From NCBI RefSeq assembly GCF_006345805.1, contig NC_043010.1, positions 37,324,001 through 37,388,000 of the forward strand: DNA of 64,000 bases, given 5' to 3'. The translations under genes and the position numbers were made by a program. The notes below the pieces were generated by a model. The model worked only from the letters and a program-made list of their open reading frames with translations. It had not been told where the DNA came from and searched no databases. This DNA is from Octopus sinensis. Its lineage: Eukaryota. Shown here in pieces: positions 13,511 through 27,620 of this stretch (the first letter of the stretch is position 1; each line of letters starts with the position of its first letter).

Positions 13511-15271
13511 GCATACAAAGGTAAAAAAAACATTGGGTGGGGAAGATGATAGAGACATGGCCCTCTTGATACAGGGACTTCTATAGGGATAATTGAGGAA
13601 CCCCACTGTCTGAGATTTTCCTGAAATCCTAGGAGTAAATTCCCTCTCCAATTCCTTCCCTCTGACTCAAAGGTCTACACTTTGAGGGATACCATCCACT
13701 CTTGCCTTTTTCACAGCTTTCACTCAATATTTCAATAAACTCACTCAAGGACAGCACTTTCCTCTCCACTCTCAATTTTGTTTTCGATTTTCACTTAAAA
13801 AAGTCAAAGAGAGTTCTTCCAAAGAGGAATATATCTGTCCTCATGCCTTTCAGCCTTGTCCACCAAACAACCTCTTTTGCCTCAGTCACCAGGCAAAGGA
13901 AAACTGCCTTGCCTTCCCAATTGAAGGAGGGTAGTGGTGCAATAATTCTTTCTACTATAGGCACAAAGCCTGAAATTGTTAAGCAAAAATCTTAACTTCA
14001 TATGAGTTAAAGCGGTAGCTTTAAAAACTTTCTAAGATAGTGACAAGGTGAGATGGAAAGCAAGACAAGCATGGGAGAAAGCCAAGCCTTCCAAATCGAA
14101 TATTATTAGAGTGATCATCATCATCATTATCATTTAACATCAGCCTTCCATGCTGGCATGGGTTGGATGATTTGACTGAGGACTGGCGAACCAGATGGCT
14201 GCACCAGGCTCCAATCTGATCTGGCAGAGTTTCTGCAGCTGGATGCCCTTCCTAATGCCAACCACTCCATGAGTGTAGTGCATGCTTTTACGTGCCACCA
14301 GCACGAGGGCCGTCTAGTGGTACTGGCAACGGCCATGCTCAAATGGTGTCTTTTACATGCCACCTGCACAGGAGTCAGTCCAGCAACACTGGCAATGACC
14401 TCATTCGAATGTTTTGTTCATGTGTCACCAGCATAAGTGCCAGTAAGACGTCGCTGGTAACGATCACGCTCAAATGGTGCTTTTTAAGTGTCACCGGCAC
14501 GGAAGCCAGACAGCTGCTCCAGCAGTGATCTCACTTGGATGGAGCTGTTTGCACTCCACTGCCCCAACAGGTCTTTGGCAAACTGACAGAATCGTTAGCA
14601 CACCGGAAAAAATGCTTAGCAACATTTCTTCGGACTTTACGTTCTGAATTCAAATTCTACTGCAGGTGACTTTGACTTTCATCCTTTCAAAATCAATAAA
14701 ATACATACCAGTTGAGCCCTGCGGTCAATGTAATCAACTTACTCCATACCCTGAAATTCCTGGTCTTGTGCCAAAATTAGTTTCAAATTTGACAAGAATG
14801 GTAAAAATCAAATAAAAGTAACCACCACCACCACCATCATCATCATAATCATCATTTTACTGTCCAGTTTTCCATGTTTGCAAGGGTCATGCTGTGGTTA
14901 TTGAGGCAGATTTTCCATGAGTAGTTGCTCTTCCTTTCATCAACCTTTACCTGTTTCCAAGCAAGGTAATATTTCCCCATGGCCTGATAGGATTTTTGGC
15001 AGAATATAGGAAATGAATGAATTACATTCATTTACGACAAATCATGTAATGTCAACACAAGGAAACACACACGTACACATACATATATATGACATGCTTC
15101 TTTCACTTTCCATTTACCAAATCCTTTCATAAGGCTTAAGGCTTTTGTCAACCTGGGGCTATAATGGAAAATACTTGCCCAAGTTCCACACAGTGGGACT
15201 GAACCAAAAATCTTGTGGTTGGGAACTGCATGGCCATGCCTGTGCCTATAAGAGAGGTAAATATATATATA

Positions 15272-15309
<38 letters not shown>

Positions 15310-15310
<1 letters not shown>

Positions 15311-15620
15311 GTGTGTGGTGTGTGTTTATACATGTATATGTATGCATATATGTATGTGGTGTGTGTGTTTATACATGTATATGTATGCATATGTGTATTT
15401 GTGTGTGTGTGTGTGTGTGTTTATACATGTATATGTATGCATATGTGTATTTGTGTGTGTGTGTGTGTTTATACATGTATATGTATGCATATGTGTATTT
15501 GTGTGTGTGTGTGTTTATACATGTATATGTATGCATATGTGTATTTGTGTGTGGTGTGTGTGTGTGTGTTTATACATGTATATGTATGCATATGTGTATT
15601 TGTGTGTATATGTATGTATA
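15310..15620. repeat. Minisatellite of about 38-42 bp (GTGTTTATACATGTATATGTATGCATATGTGTATTT) with variable (GT)n
   Basis: About seven visible copies. It explains the Cys/Val/Tyr-rich pseudo-ORFs at this position. Confidence 0.8.
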
Positions 15621-16066
15621 TATATGTATATACATATGTCTATAAATGTATATGTAAATATATATATATATGTATGTGTAAATGTAGATATATATATAAA
15701 TGTACATGCATATGTAAAAATTGATGCTTTATTTACACTGAATGTGACACACAATTCCGTGTTGTCAGCAACAAGCAGAGAGGGATGCTTTGAGAGTTCT
15801 TTTTTGAGCTGTGTTTTAATTTAAAACACTAAGATTGAAAGGTAAATGGTAAATGGAACCATAGAACCAGTTGGGGAAGGAAAAAAAAAAAGAATTAAAT
15901 TAAATAACATGAAACAACAAAAACAAACCAAAAGGAAGAAAAAAACAGAAAATTTAAAGAATGAAAGCAACAACCCTTGAATATACAAAATAACTGATGC
16001 CAAAAATATCGAAATACCAAAGGTTAATTGTGTTAGATCAGTGCGCAGACTATATCAGTATAGTCT

Positions 16067-16098
<32 letters not shown>

Positions 16099-19000
16099 TT
16101 GTGTGTGAGTTGTGTTTGTTTTATTGCGTTGTGTTGTGTTCTTTAAAAATATTCGGTAAATACACAGGTTGTTGGCATCAGTAATATCAAGCTTCAGTTA
16201 ATTACATTCCCCCTTCAGAAAGTGCTTACAATACGTTTTTTTTTTTTTTCTTTCAATTCACTCGAAAGTTATGAAAGAGTGTGAAAAGATTTGCTCTCTA
16301 ATGTGTGTGTGTGAGTTTGTGTGTGTTTATGTGTGCGTGTCTATATCTATGTGTGTCTATGTCTACATGTATATATCTGTATACATATGTGTATATGTTT
16401 GTATATGTCTTATGTGTGCATATGTCTCTGTGTGTGTGTGCATGTCTGTGTGAAAGTGTTTGTATGTGTGTGTGTCAATGTGTGTGTGTGTACATGAAGG
16501 GAGCTACATGGGTTTAATATTGGATTCTTTTAACTAGGAACAAAGCCATGTTTTGTTGTTTTGGCATTTTTTTTTTGTGGGTGTGTGGGGATTATTTTAT
16601 GATGTTCTTTGTTGGTTTTGTTTTGTTTTTGCTGGTGCAGTGTGGGATTCTTTTTTTTTTTCCCCCATCGGTGGAAAGAGAGAGAGAGAGAGAGAGAGGA
16701 AGTATAATCAATGGAATTGGTTTCCAATATATTTCTGGTTCTGTTTACTTATTTTACATATATTTCAATCACATTGTGTAAAAAGTTCTAAAAGCAAAAC
16801 AGATTACCAATTCACCAAAGTCAACCACAAAGCATAGGAATACACCATACACATGTATGTGTGTGTAAATAGGGATTAAAGAATTGCCTTACTAAGTGAA
16901 TGACCGTTGAGTTCTATAGTAATACGTATGTAATGTGCTAGATATATCTTGTGACTGGTACAAGCTATAACGGTACATTACATATATGTATATAGGTTTA
17001 GGTATAGCTCTATGGTAAGAAGTTTGCTCCCCAACCACATGGTCCTGGGTTCAGTCCTAATGTGTGGAACCTTATACAAGCATTTTCTATACTAGCCCGG
17101 AGTGACCAAATCCTTTGTGAGTGGATTTGGTTGACAGAAGCTAAACCATGCTTTTGTGTGTGTGTGTATGTGGTATTTGTGTTTGTCACCCACCACCACG
17201 TGATATCTGGTGATAAGAAGTTTGCTTCTCAGCCATGTGGTTTCATGGTTCGGTCCTACTCCACAGTACTTTGGGCAAGTGTTTCCTACTATAGCCTCAG
17301 GCTGACCAAAGCCCTGGAAGGGGATTTGATAGAAAGAAATTGAAACAAGCCTATCATATATTTATATGTCTATGTGTGTATGTCTTTGGGTATGCTTGTC
17401 AACAAGTATTGGTTTGTTTTCATCCCTATAGCTTAGTGGTTCATGAAAAGAGACCAATGGTATAATTACCAGGCTTAAACAATAAGTTCTGGGGTCAATT
17501 CGTTTGAATAAAATTTTGTGGGGCAGTAGCCCAGCATGTCTGCTGTTCAATGACTGTAGCAAGTAAAAGAAAGATTTATGTGTTTAAGCAGTAAAAAAAA
17601 ACAAAAAAACCCAATGGGACAGGCAGTTGGGAAATGCAGTTGAGAAGCTTGCTTCACTGCATAGTTTCAGGTTCAATCCCACTGCTTGGAACCTTGGGCA
17701 AATCTCCTCTAATATAACCTCAAGTTGACCAAAGCTCTGTGAGTGGATTGGTAGGCAGAAAATGAAAGACTGTAGCAAGAATATTTAGCAATCGAACTTG
17801 GATCACTACAAGTATATGATCACGATTAATATTACAGTATTACTACACTCACGGAGTGGTTGGCATTAGGAAGGGCATCAAACTGTAGAAACACTGCCAA
17901 ATCAGACTGGAACCTGGTGCAGCCTCCATGGTTTACCAGACCCCAGTCGAACCGTCCAACCCATGCTAGCATGGAAACGGACATTAAATGATGATGACGA
18001 TGATGATGACTAATGTCATAAAAAAATCTGGCCTTTCAAGACTTCATGTGGAACTGGATCTCACAACAATTTCATCTTTGGAGTGCTTTTTCTGAACAAG
18101 ACCACCACTGCATATTCAGTGCATTTTAGCCACTACCAACTGACATCGGATGGCAGACATCAGGGGAGACACAGAGGACAGCAGACAGCAGCAGAACCAG
18201 GAGTTTTTGTTTGCAATAAAAATAAATATTTTTTTTTATCAGGAATCTCAAACAGATTTCAGTGTTCTTCATCATAACAAGTGATGACTAACGAAACCAT
18301 GATGCATGTGTATATATGTATGTGGTTATGTATATATGTGTGTATAGGTATGTCTATATGTTTGTGTGCATGTATGTCTGTGTATGTTTGCGTACACTCT
18401 TGTCATGATTGGTTGTAAAATAAGCATCATTGTCGTACAAGCAATGTTCTTCTGTTCCCAGTCTTCCATGGAAATCATGCCTGGCCATGGGGTAATATCA
18501 CCTTGCTGCTTGAGAAACAGATAAGGGTTACCAATGGGAAGGGCATCAGGCTGTAGAAAATCTACCTCATTGAATTCCATCTGACCCATGTGAGCTTGGA
18601 AAAGTGGATGTTAAAACGATGATGATGATGATGATGATCGCAAATTAAATAGCAAAAAGAGTTATATATTTCTAGACAAAGGCAATAGTCACTACTAATA
18701 AATGCTCTAAGGTGTTGTTTAATCAAAGGTTTGTCCAGATTGGAGCTGATATGGTTAAAAAGATTGCTGTCATGAATAAATATATGTTCTTTTACCTTGT
18801 TCAACTAAGATTTAAAAATCAAACGAAATCACACTTGAATGTTCAGTTTAAAGAAATTTCAATTAAATTAAACAGCTGTTTCAATTAAAATTTTCCGTTT
18901 TTTTACTTTTGTTTTAAACTGAAATTCAGAATTCAACAATTCAACATGAATAAAAATTGAATTATCCAGTTTGGAATTTTAAATTAATAAAATTAAATTG

Positions 19001-19351
19001 TTTTAAATGAAAAAAAAACATCATTTAATTCTCCGTTTGTTTTTTCTTTTTTCTTTCTTGAACTGATATTCAAACTCAAATCAAAATTTAATTTTTGGCC
19101 TTAGAATTTCAAATTAATAAAATTAAAATATTCATATTAACCAAATGTCTTTTGATAAATTTAATATTTTTAAATTTCAAAATGATATTCAAAATTGAAA
19201 TTTAAATTGCTTGTTCAACTCACAGCTAGTAAAAAAAAAATTTCTTTTAGAATTCATTTCCAAAATTTTTTAGATGCAATAAATCGTGCTGAACTTGTAC
19301 CATTAATCATCGACAAGAAACTAATCATGATATCCATTCTGATTTTTCCAG

Positions 19352-19460
19352 GCATGCCAGAAAGTATTTCACAAACTTAGAAGACGACCAAATGGCAGAT
19401 GTACAGAAGAGTATGGGGCTCCTGGCTTTCCCTTCAGACACTAGTATTAGTCCATACAAG
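19352..19460 (+). CDS. MAEA: Next internal coding exon of MAEA
   Basis: ttttccAG acceptor (19350-19351) and GTAATC donor at 19461. 109 nt = 1 nt + 36 codons, [36 protein letters not shown], matching MAEA [36 protein letters not shown]. The frame joins perfectly with the exon at 8049-8125. Confidence 0.93.
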
Positions 19461-19710
19461 GTAATCTCTCTTTGATTTTCTATCATTGTCTTGTTGATGC
19501 TGTCTGTGGATGAAGTAAAAGATGATGGGTTAAAAAGAGGCTTATAGTAGGTAGGCCACCACTAAGCATATCCCTTGTCATGTTCAATAGTTATTTGGTT
19601 ATAGCAGTGACTCGTTAATGCTGCTACACTAAATTGGTGCTGACCAAGCGTTTTGTCCATCTTAAATGCTAATTTTTGCCATCTGACTGGACTGGAGCAA
19701 CACAAATTAA

Positions 19711-19941
19711 TTAACCTTTTTGATACCAACCCAGCTGAAACTGCCTCTGGCTCTATAGTACAAATGTCTTGTTTTCAAAAGTTCTGAAATAAAATCTTCC
19801 ACCAAGACCTTAGTCACAATTTATATTCCTAACACTAGCTTAATGATAACTAAGTTATTTCACAAAACTCTTTGTTATATTTTAAATTAATTGAAAGAAA
19901 TGCAGAGCATCTCAACAGAAATAGGGTAACAAAAGGGTTAA
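19711..19941. mobile_element. TTAA-flanked MITE, family 1 (piggyBac-like ends)
   Basis: TTAA-CCTTTTTGATACC ... GGTAACAAAAGGG-TTAA. Related copies at 62053-62266, inverted at 63409-63625, and partial near 27.73 kb. Confidence 0.65.
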
Positions 19942-21264
19942 ACACATTGTGCTTCTTCTGGGTAGTCTTTCAAGTCCAAGAAAGGTGATTCCACAATTTC
20001 TTACTGAACAATCTTCACAGATGATTTGCTTATAGTGATCAAATGTTTGTTTACAGCAATTGAATTGTCATCATCGTCATCGCCGTTTAACGTCCGCTTT
20101 CCATGCTAGCATAGGTTGGACGATTGACTGAGGTCTGGCAAACCAGATGGCTGCACCAGATTCCAATCTGATCTGACAGAGTGTCTACAGCTAGATGCCC
20201 TTCCTAACGCCAACCACTCCTAGAGTATAGTGGGTGCTTTTATGTGCCACTGCCATGAGGGCCAGTCAGGCATTACGGGCAACAGCCACGCTCAAATGGT
20301 GCTTTTTATGTGCCACCTGCACAAGAGCCAGTCCAGTGGAAGTGGCAACGACCTTGCTTGAATGTTTTTTCACGTGCCACCAGCACAAGTGCCAGTAAGG
20401 CGACGCAGGTAACGATCATGGGCGATGCAGGTAACGATTACAGACGACACAGATAACAATCATGGGCGACACAGGTAACGATCACGGGTGACGCAGGTAA
20501 TGATCACGAATGATTTGCTTATACTGATTAAATGATTGGTCCGTACGAGTGCTTGGTGTGTCATATGTCAGATGTTGAAGTGATCATAGAACAACATGAA
20601 ATGAAGTGTTTTGCTCAAGAATACAATGCATCACCTGGTCCAGGAATCGAAACTACAATCTTACAGTTGTGAATGCAATACCCTAAGTCTATAGTAGAAG
20701 ACACTTGCTCAAAGTGTCATGTAGTGGGGCTGAACCCAAAACCATGTGGTTGTGAAGCAAACTCTTCTTAATCACACAGCCATGTACATGTATGTATATA
20801 CACACATACACATCACCTGTGCTGATCTCGCCTGTGCTTGTGCCACATAAAAAACACTAAGTCCATTCTGCTGAGTGGTTGGTGTTAGGAAAGGCATCCA
20901 GATGTAAAAATCCTGCCAAAACAGTCACAGAAGTCTGGTGCGGACGTTAAACAATGATGATGATGATGGTGATGATATATGATCAGATTCCAATGAGGCT
21001 GGTGTTGGTCTGCATTGAAAAGACTTATATTGTGTAGTAAAATCAATAAAACGTGTACAGTGGAGTTGCAGTGAGGAGTGGAAAACTCAACATTTCAGAC
21101 TCAGTCCCTTTTCAGGAGAAATTTGGAAGGTATAAAATTAATGAGAGATAACACAGTTTGACATCCTTTAAGTTAAAAAAAAAAGCACATATATACTCAC
21201 ATCTCTATATACATATATAATATACAGACATTTATATAAACACATAAATACATACACGCATACA

Positions 21265-21314
<50 letters not shown>

Positions 21315-22334
21315 TATACATACATACATACACACACACATACACACACACACATACACACACACACATTCACACATCATATAGTCTGAGTTCCTATGTT
21401 TATCGCATAACTTTGTATAAACTCAACCACTAATTATTTATTGAACAGTTGTGTGGAATGCCTCAAGTTTAGAGACCAATGAAGATGTGTTGTATCAGAC
21501 ACATGAATCTCTCTGTCTATCACCTTAGATACTATATGTGTGACTCTGTGTGTGTGTCTACATATATAAGGTGGCAGACACACACATACACACATATGTA
21601 TGTATATATCTATATATATATATATAAATATATATGTGTGTGTGGTGTTTGGAAACTAACGACTGAAAAAAATTACTGTGCTAATTAGTTCAATCTCAGT
21701 ACCTTCAACTCTGGAAATGTTCCATGGTTCACTTATATTCTTGTCCTGTTTTTTTTTCTTCTTCTTAATTTTCTCTTCTCTCTCTCTCTCTGTCTCTCTC
21801 TCTCTCTCTCCTTCCTTCCTTCACTGTGCATCTTATCTCTCTCTCTCTCTCTTTTTCTCTCTCTCTCTTGCATGCTCTCCTTTTCTCACTCATTTTCCCT
21901 CTTTTTCTGTCTGTTCTTCATTTTCAAAGTCTCTTTTTCTCTCTTGTCTTCAGTTTCCTCTTCTGCCTCACTCAAGACATATTCCTCCTTTCCTTCCCTG
22001 TTCTCTTTTGCTCTGCACCTTTCCCTCACTTTCTTCACCATCACCTCCACTGGCCCCACACACACACACAAAATAAGAAACTGCCCAGAAATTACAACTC
22101 TACAAGCCACAATCCACGCCCCCACCCCACCAGCTCACAACTTATATTTTTTTAACCATCTCTGACTGCAATTTATTAACCTTGACATTGCTGCCAGACA
22201 CTCTACACACACACACACACATGCACACATCCTTTTTCTACCTTTCCTTCTTCCTCTGTGTGTGCATTTGTGTATATGTGTGTGTGTGTGTGCATGTGTG
22301 TGTGTGTGTGCATGTGTGTGTGTGTGTGTGTGTG

Positions 22335-23080
22335 TGTGAATGTCTAGATAACTAGATAGGTAGATCTGTCTCTTCTTACCCACTCTGTTTCTCACACTTT
22401 CTGCTTCTCTCTCTCTCTATCTATCTATCTATATATCTATATATCTATCTCTATCTCTGCTTCTCTCTCTATCACTGTGTGAGTAAGAGGAGACACTAAT
22501 GTGATGACAGCAAAGCCAGCCCCACCCCAACGCCTTTACCATTCTCTCCATCTCTCTAAGCCCACCAAATCTGACATAGACTATAACCACAACCACCAAC
22601 CACCACCACCACCTCCACAACCCTCCACCAGTAACACTTCTGCACTCCTTCTCACACCAGTACCATCACCACCAAGACCACCTCACTCATTGATTTATCT
22701 TACTCTATGTTAGAGACATTTTGTACTCAAGAGTTGTGAGATCTGGAAGATATGCAAACATTAACAGTTTTTATCACCCTCCACTGGCATCATCATCATC
22801 ATCATCATCATTGCCAGAACCAAGAGCACCATTATTATTATTATTATCATCATCATCATCATTGTTATGGTTGTTATTAATGTTGTTATTTATACTGTAT
22901 ATTTTTTTCAAAATATCCCCCAGGGCCCTTATTAACAAATCAAGATATATCTATTTTTTTATGTGTGTTGTGTTGGGGAGTATTTTTTTTTTATATATGT
23001 GTATATATATATGTATGTGTGTGTGTGTTTTGAATTTTTTATTTCTTTTTATATGTGAATATGCATGTTTTCTTGCGCGC

Positions 23081-23153
<73 letters not shown>

Positions 23154-23589
23154 ACAAGCACAAATGTATTTATTAGTATGTGTATATATAGCAGGCTTTT
23201 CTTTTTTTTCTATGTGAACACATATTAAAAATCAGAACTGCAGCCAATGAAATTTATGTATACCCCCCCCCCACACACACACACACACGCATATGAATAA
23301 TGTGTTTACTTAAAACACTATTGTATAAATGTAGGAAGTGTGTTCCTTCAAATGCTTATAAAACTCTCTTGAAGTAGTTGACAGATTTTGTTACTTAGGT
23401 GCCACCAAATGCAGGGGTGGGCATGGCCATGTGGTAAGAAGTTTGCTTCCTAGCTACATGGTTACAGATTCAATCCCACTACAAGGCAACTTGGGCAAGC
23501 GTATTTAAGTATATATAGTTTTGGGCCAACCAAAGCTTTGTGAGTGGATTTCATAGATGGAAATTGAAATAATCCTGTCATGTAATGTG

Positions 23590-23620
<31 letters not shown>

Positions 23621-23702
23621 TGTTGTGTGTGTGTGAATGTCTAGATAACTAGATAGGTAGATCTGTCTCTTCTTACCCACTCTGTTTCTCACACTTTCTG
23701 CT

Positions 23703-23737
<35 letters not shown>

Positions 23738-24376
23738 CTATATATCTATCTCTATCTCTGCTTCTCTCTCTATCACTGTGTGAGTAAGAGGAGACATTAA
23801 GTGATGACAGCAAAGCCAGCCCCACCCCAACGCCTTTACCATCTCTCCATCTCTCTAAGCCCACCAAATCTGACATAGACTATAACCACAACCACCAACC
23901 ACCACCACCACCTCCACAACCCTCCACCAGTAACACTTCTGCACTCCTTCTCACACCACTACCATCACCACCAAGACCACCTCACTCATTGATTATCTTA
24001 CTCTATGTTAGAGACATTTTGTACTCAAGAGTTGTGAGATCTGGAAGATATGCAAACATTAACAGTTTTTATCACCCTCCACTGGCATCATCATCATCAT
24101 CATCATCATTGCCAGAACCAAGAGCACCATATTATTATTATTATCATCATCATCATCATTGTTATGGTTGTTATTAATGTTGTTATTTATACTGTATATT
24201 TTTTTCAAAATATCCCCCAGGGCCCTTATTAACAAATCAAGATATATCTATTTTTTTATGTGTGTGTGTTGGGGAGTATTTTTTTTTTATATATGTGTAT
24301 ATATATATGTATGTGTGTGTGTTTTGAATTTTTTATTTCTTTTTATATATGTGAATATGCATGTTTTCTTGCGCGC

Positions 24377-24443
<67 letters not shown>

Positions 24444-24875
24444 ACAAGCACAAATGTATTTATTAGTATGTGTATATATAGCAGGCTTTTCTTTTTTTTC
24501 TATGTGAACACATATTAAAAATCAGAACTGCAGCCAATGAAATTTATGTATACCCCCCCCCCACACACACACACACACGCATATGAATAATGTGTTTACT
24601 TAAAACACTATTGTATAAATGTAGGAAGTGTGTTCCTTCAAATGCTTATAAAACTCTCTTGAAGTAGTTGACAGATTTTGTTACTTAGGTGCCACCAAAT
24701 GCAGGGGTGGGCATGGCCATGTGGTAAGAAGTTTGCTTCCTAGCTACATGGTTACAGATTCAATCCCACTACAAGGCAACTTGGGCAAGCGTATTTAAGT
24801 ATATATAGTTTTGGGCCAACCAAAGCTTTGTGAGTGGATTTCATAGATGGAAATTGAAATAATCCTGTCATGTAA

Positions 24876-24900
<25 letters not shown>
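22335..24900 (+). repeat. About 1.3-kb tandem segmental duplication bounded by (TG)n
   Basis: GAATGTCTAGATAACTAGATAGG occurs at about 22338 and 23635 (offset 1297). The copies are near-identical through ATCCTGTCATGTAATGTG. Confidence 0.9.
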
Positions 24901-24906
<6 letters not shown>

Positions 24907-27584
24907 ACCATCAATTGACAACTGGTGTTGGTGTGTTTATGTCCTTGTAACTTAGCAGAATAAGTGCCAGGTTTATAAAAAAAAAATATGTATTTGGGTT
25001 GATTCATTCAACTAAAAATTCTTCAAGGCGGTGCCCCAGAATGGCCACAATCTAATGATTGAAACAAATAAAAGACCAAAAATTAAGTACAATATTGTAT
25101 CATTCTGAAATATGGGTGGTGAATACCCATGACTCATTGCTGTGCAATATTGTATTTTGTCCATGAAATTCTAGATGATAATATTGTGGTACTTCATGTT
25201 GGTATGTAATGGAGGCACATGGCCTAGTGGTTTGAGCAGCAGACATACAGTTGAAGGATCACAGGTTCAAATCTCAGACCGGGCGATGTGTGTGTTTACG
25301 AGCGAAACACCTAAGCTCCACGTGGCTCCGGCAGAAGATAATGGTGAACTTCTGCTGACTCTTTCGCCACAACTTTCTCTCAGTTTCCTCCTGCATCTAG
25401 CAGCTCACCCGCGATGGACCGGTGTCCCATCCAGGTGGGGAACCTATACGCCAATGAAGCTAGGCAACCAGCCCTTATGAGCCAGGCATGGCTTGAGAAG
25501 GAACAAACATGTTGGCATGTGATACTCTGGATTAGCAGAGACATTTGTGCACTATGGTGCATCCAGTTGCACAATGAACATGCAAACATGAATGCCCAAG
25601 CTATGTGTAGCCTGTTCATGGCATGGCATAGCCTTGCACTGCATTGGTGGTATTGATTATGTTTTTGTTTTAGCTTTTGATGTTTGACATTTGAATGTGA
25701 TTTTGGTATGGCTCCTGGTACCCATAGCAAACACTCCACCCTCTCCCCACCCCCAAACCATCCTGCCTTCCTATCAACCCACCCCCACTCCCTCCACCCA
25801 CATCCAGCTCTGCTTCACCATTTTTCTGTTTCACTTTCTAACCTGTTAAAGAATTGTCACAGTTCTATGTTTCAGCTTCCCTCTCCCCTAATCTCTACTT
25901 CCATATCATCCAAGCTGCCAGCCAGCAGTTATTTCTAAATGCAGAAATGACATTTCCACCCCAATTACTACCCACTTAATTCTTCTTCACCAGTCCTCCC
26001 TACTCTCCACCTGTATGTTTTTCTTTCTTTCCTTCTTTCTTTTTTTCCTCTTTTTTTTTGGTTTTTTTCTTTCTTTTTTTTTTTTAATGCTGACTCATGG
26101 CTAAAACCTATTTGCATTGTGATGCTAGCAGATGGCTAGCTAGTCATACACTTCCTGCTATCTTCCATACATTGTTCAGCCAATCATACACTTCCATTCA
26201 CCTATCATTATCATGAAGATATCTGCTTTTTTTTTTTTTTTATAATCCAGTTTCTTCTATCTGATGAACCAGCTTGACATTGGGGGAAACTCCAGAGTAA
26301 CAGTATCCACTGAGTCAACCTAAATAAATTACTGTACCCTTAATAAGTACATGACACCATTGTATCATGTACTTTTTCTCTTTAACTCCAATGGATGTGT
26401 GTTTAGGTATAGCTGTAACTTGAGTCCCAAGTGCACAATGTGTTGGGTAATGATTCTTCAACCCTAGCCTAAGGTCAACATAATTTATGTGAATGTCACT
26501 TAGTTTAACACATGGTTCTTATGTTGGCAGAGTCTTATGTGTCCAAAGCATTCAGACCAGCTGTTGGGTCTTAAGATAACTCCTGGATCATTGGTTTCTT
26601 CTTTTTCTTTTGTGCCCCACTCAGAGGGACCATGAAGAAGGTTTTGGGATTTATCATCATCATCACCTTCTTCTATCTGTTTTCCATGCTGGCATGGATT
26701 GGACGGTTTAACTGGGGCTGTTGAGCCAGCAGACTCTGCCAAGTTCCAATATCTGCATTGGCATGGTTTCTACAGTTGGATGCTCTTCCTAATGCCAACC
26801 ACTTCACAGAGTATATCAGGTGACCTTGGTAAGGTCACCAAGTAACTTGCAAGGTAAAGATCCCTCCAGAAGAGGATGAGTTGTATTGAAGGAGATGGCT
26901 TTGTGCCATGCAATGAAAGGTTAAGCTTTGTTTTAAATTAATCATGCATTGTCTCATAGTTTTGAGATTTCAATGCTCTGACTGTTCATTTTGAGAATGA
27001 CATTGTAGGGTAGGTGTAAGAAGCTGGATCTTGCCGGTTTCAATACAAAACAGGAAAAAAATTTTTGCCCAGATATGGCCAGTTTAAATGCTAAATGGTT
27101 AAAGGTGTTCCATAATCCAATAGTGAATCCATTCAAAGAATTTCACTGATTATTTCAGTAGAAATGTAAAGTAAACTTACATCATCATCATCATCGTTTA
27201 ACGTTCGCTTTCCATGCTAGCATGGGTTGGACGATTTTGACTAAGGGCTGGCGAACCAGATGGTTACACCAGGGTCCAGTCTTGATTTGGCAGAGTTTCT
27301 ACAGCTGGATGCCCTTCCTAATGCCAACCACTCCGAGAGTGTAGTGGGTGCGTTTTACGTGCCACCAGCACAGGGGCCAGTCAGGCGGAACTGGCAACAA
27401 CCCCGCTCGAATCCTTTTACACATGCCACCAGCACAGGTGCCAGTAAGGCGAGTTTGGTAAAGATCACGCTCGAATGGTGCCCGGCGACTTTGGTAATGG
27501 ATTTTTAGTAAACATGCATTTAGTATTGCTGTGAAAAGGAAACATTGCAGTTAAACCATAGTGCTCCCTCACCACACACACACA

Positions 27585-27620
<36 letters not shown>

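Noticed and set aside
15145-15824. Long Cys/Val/Tyr/Ile-rich ORFs here and at 6.1-6.7, 8.3-8.8, 37.4-37.9, 42.0-42.6 and 52.9-53.4 kb
   Set aside because: They are translations of dinucleotide microsatellites and minisatellites, which lack stop codons in several frames.
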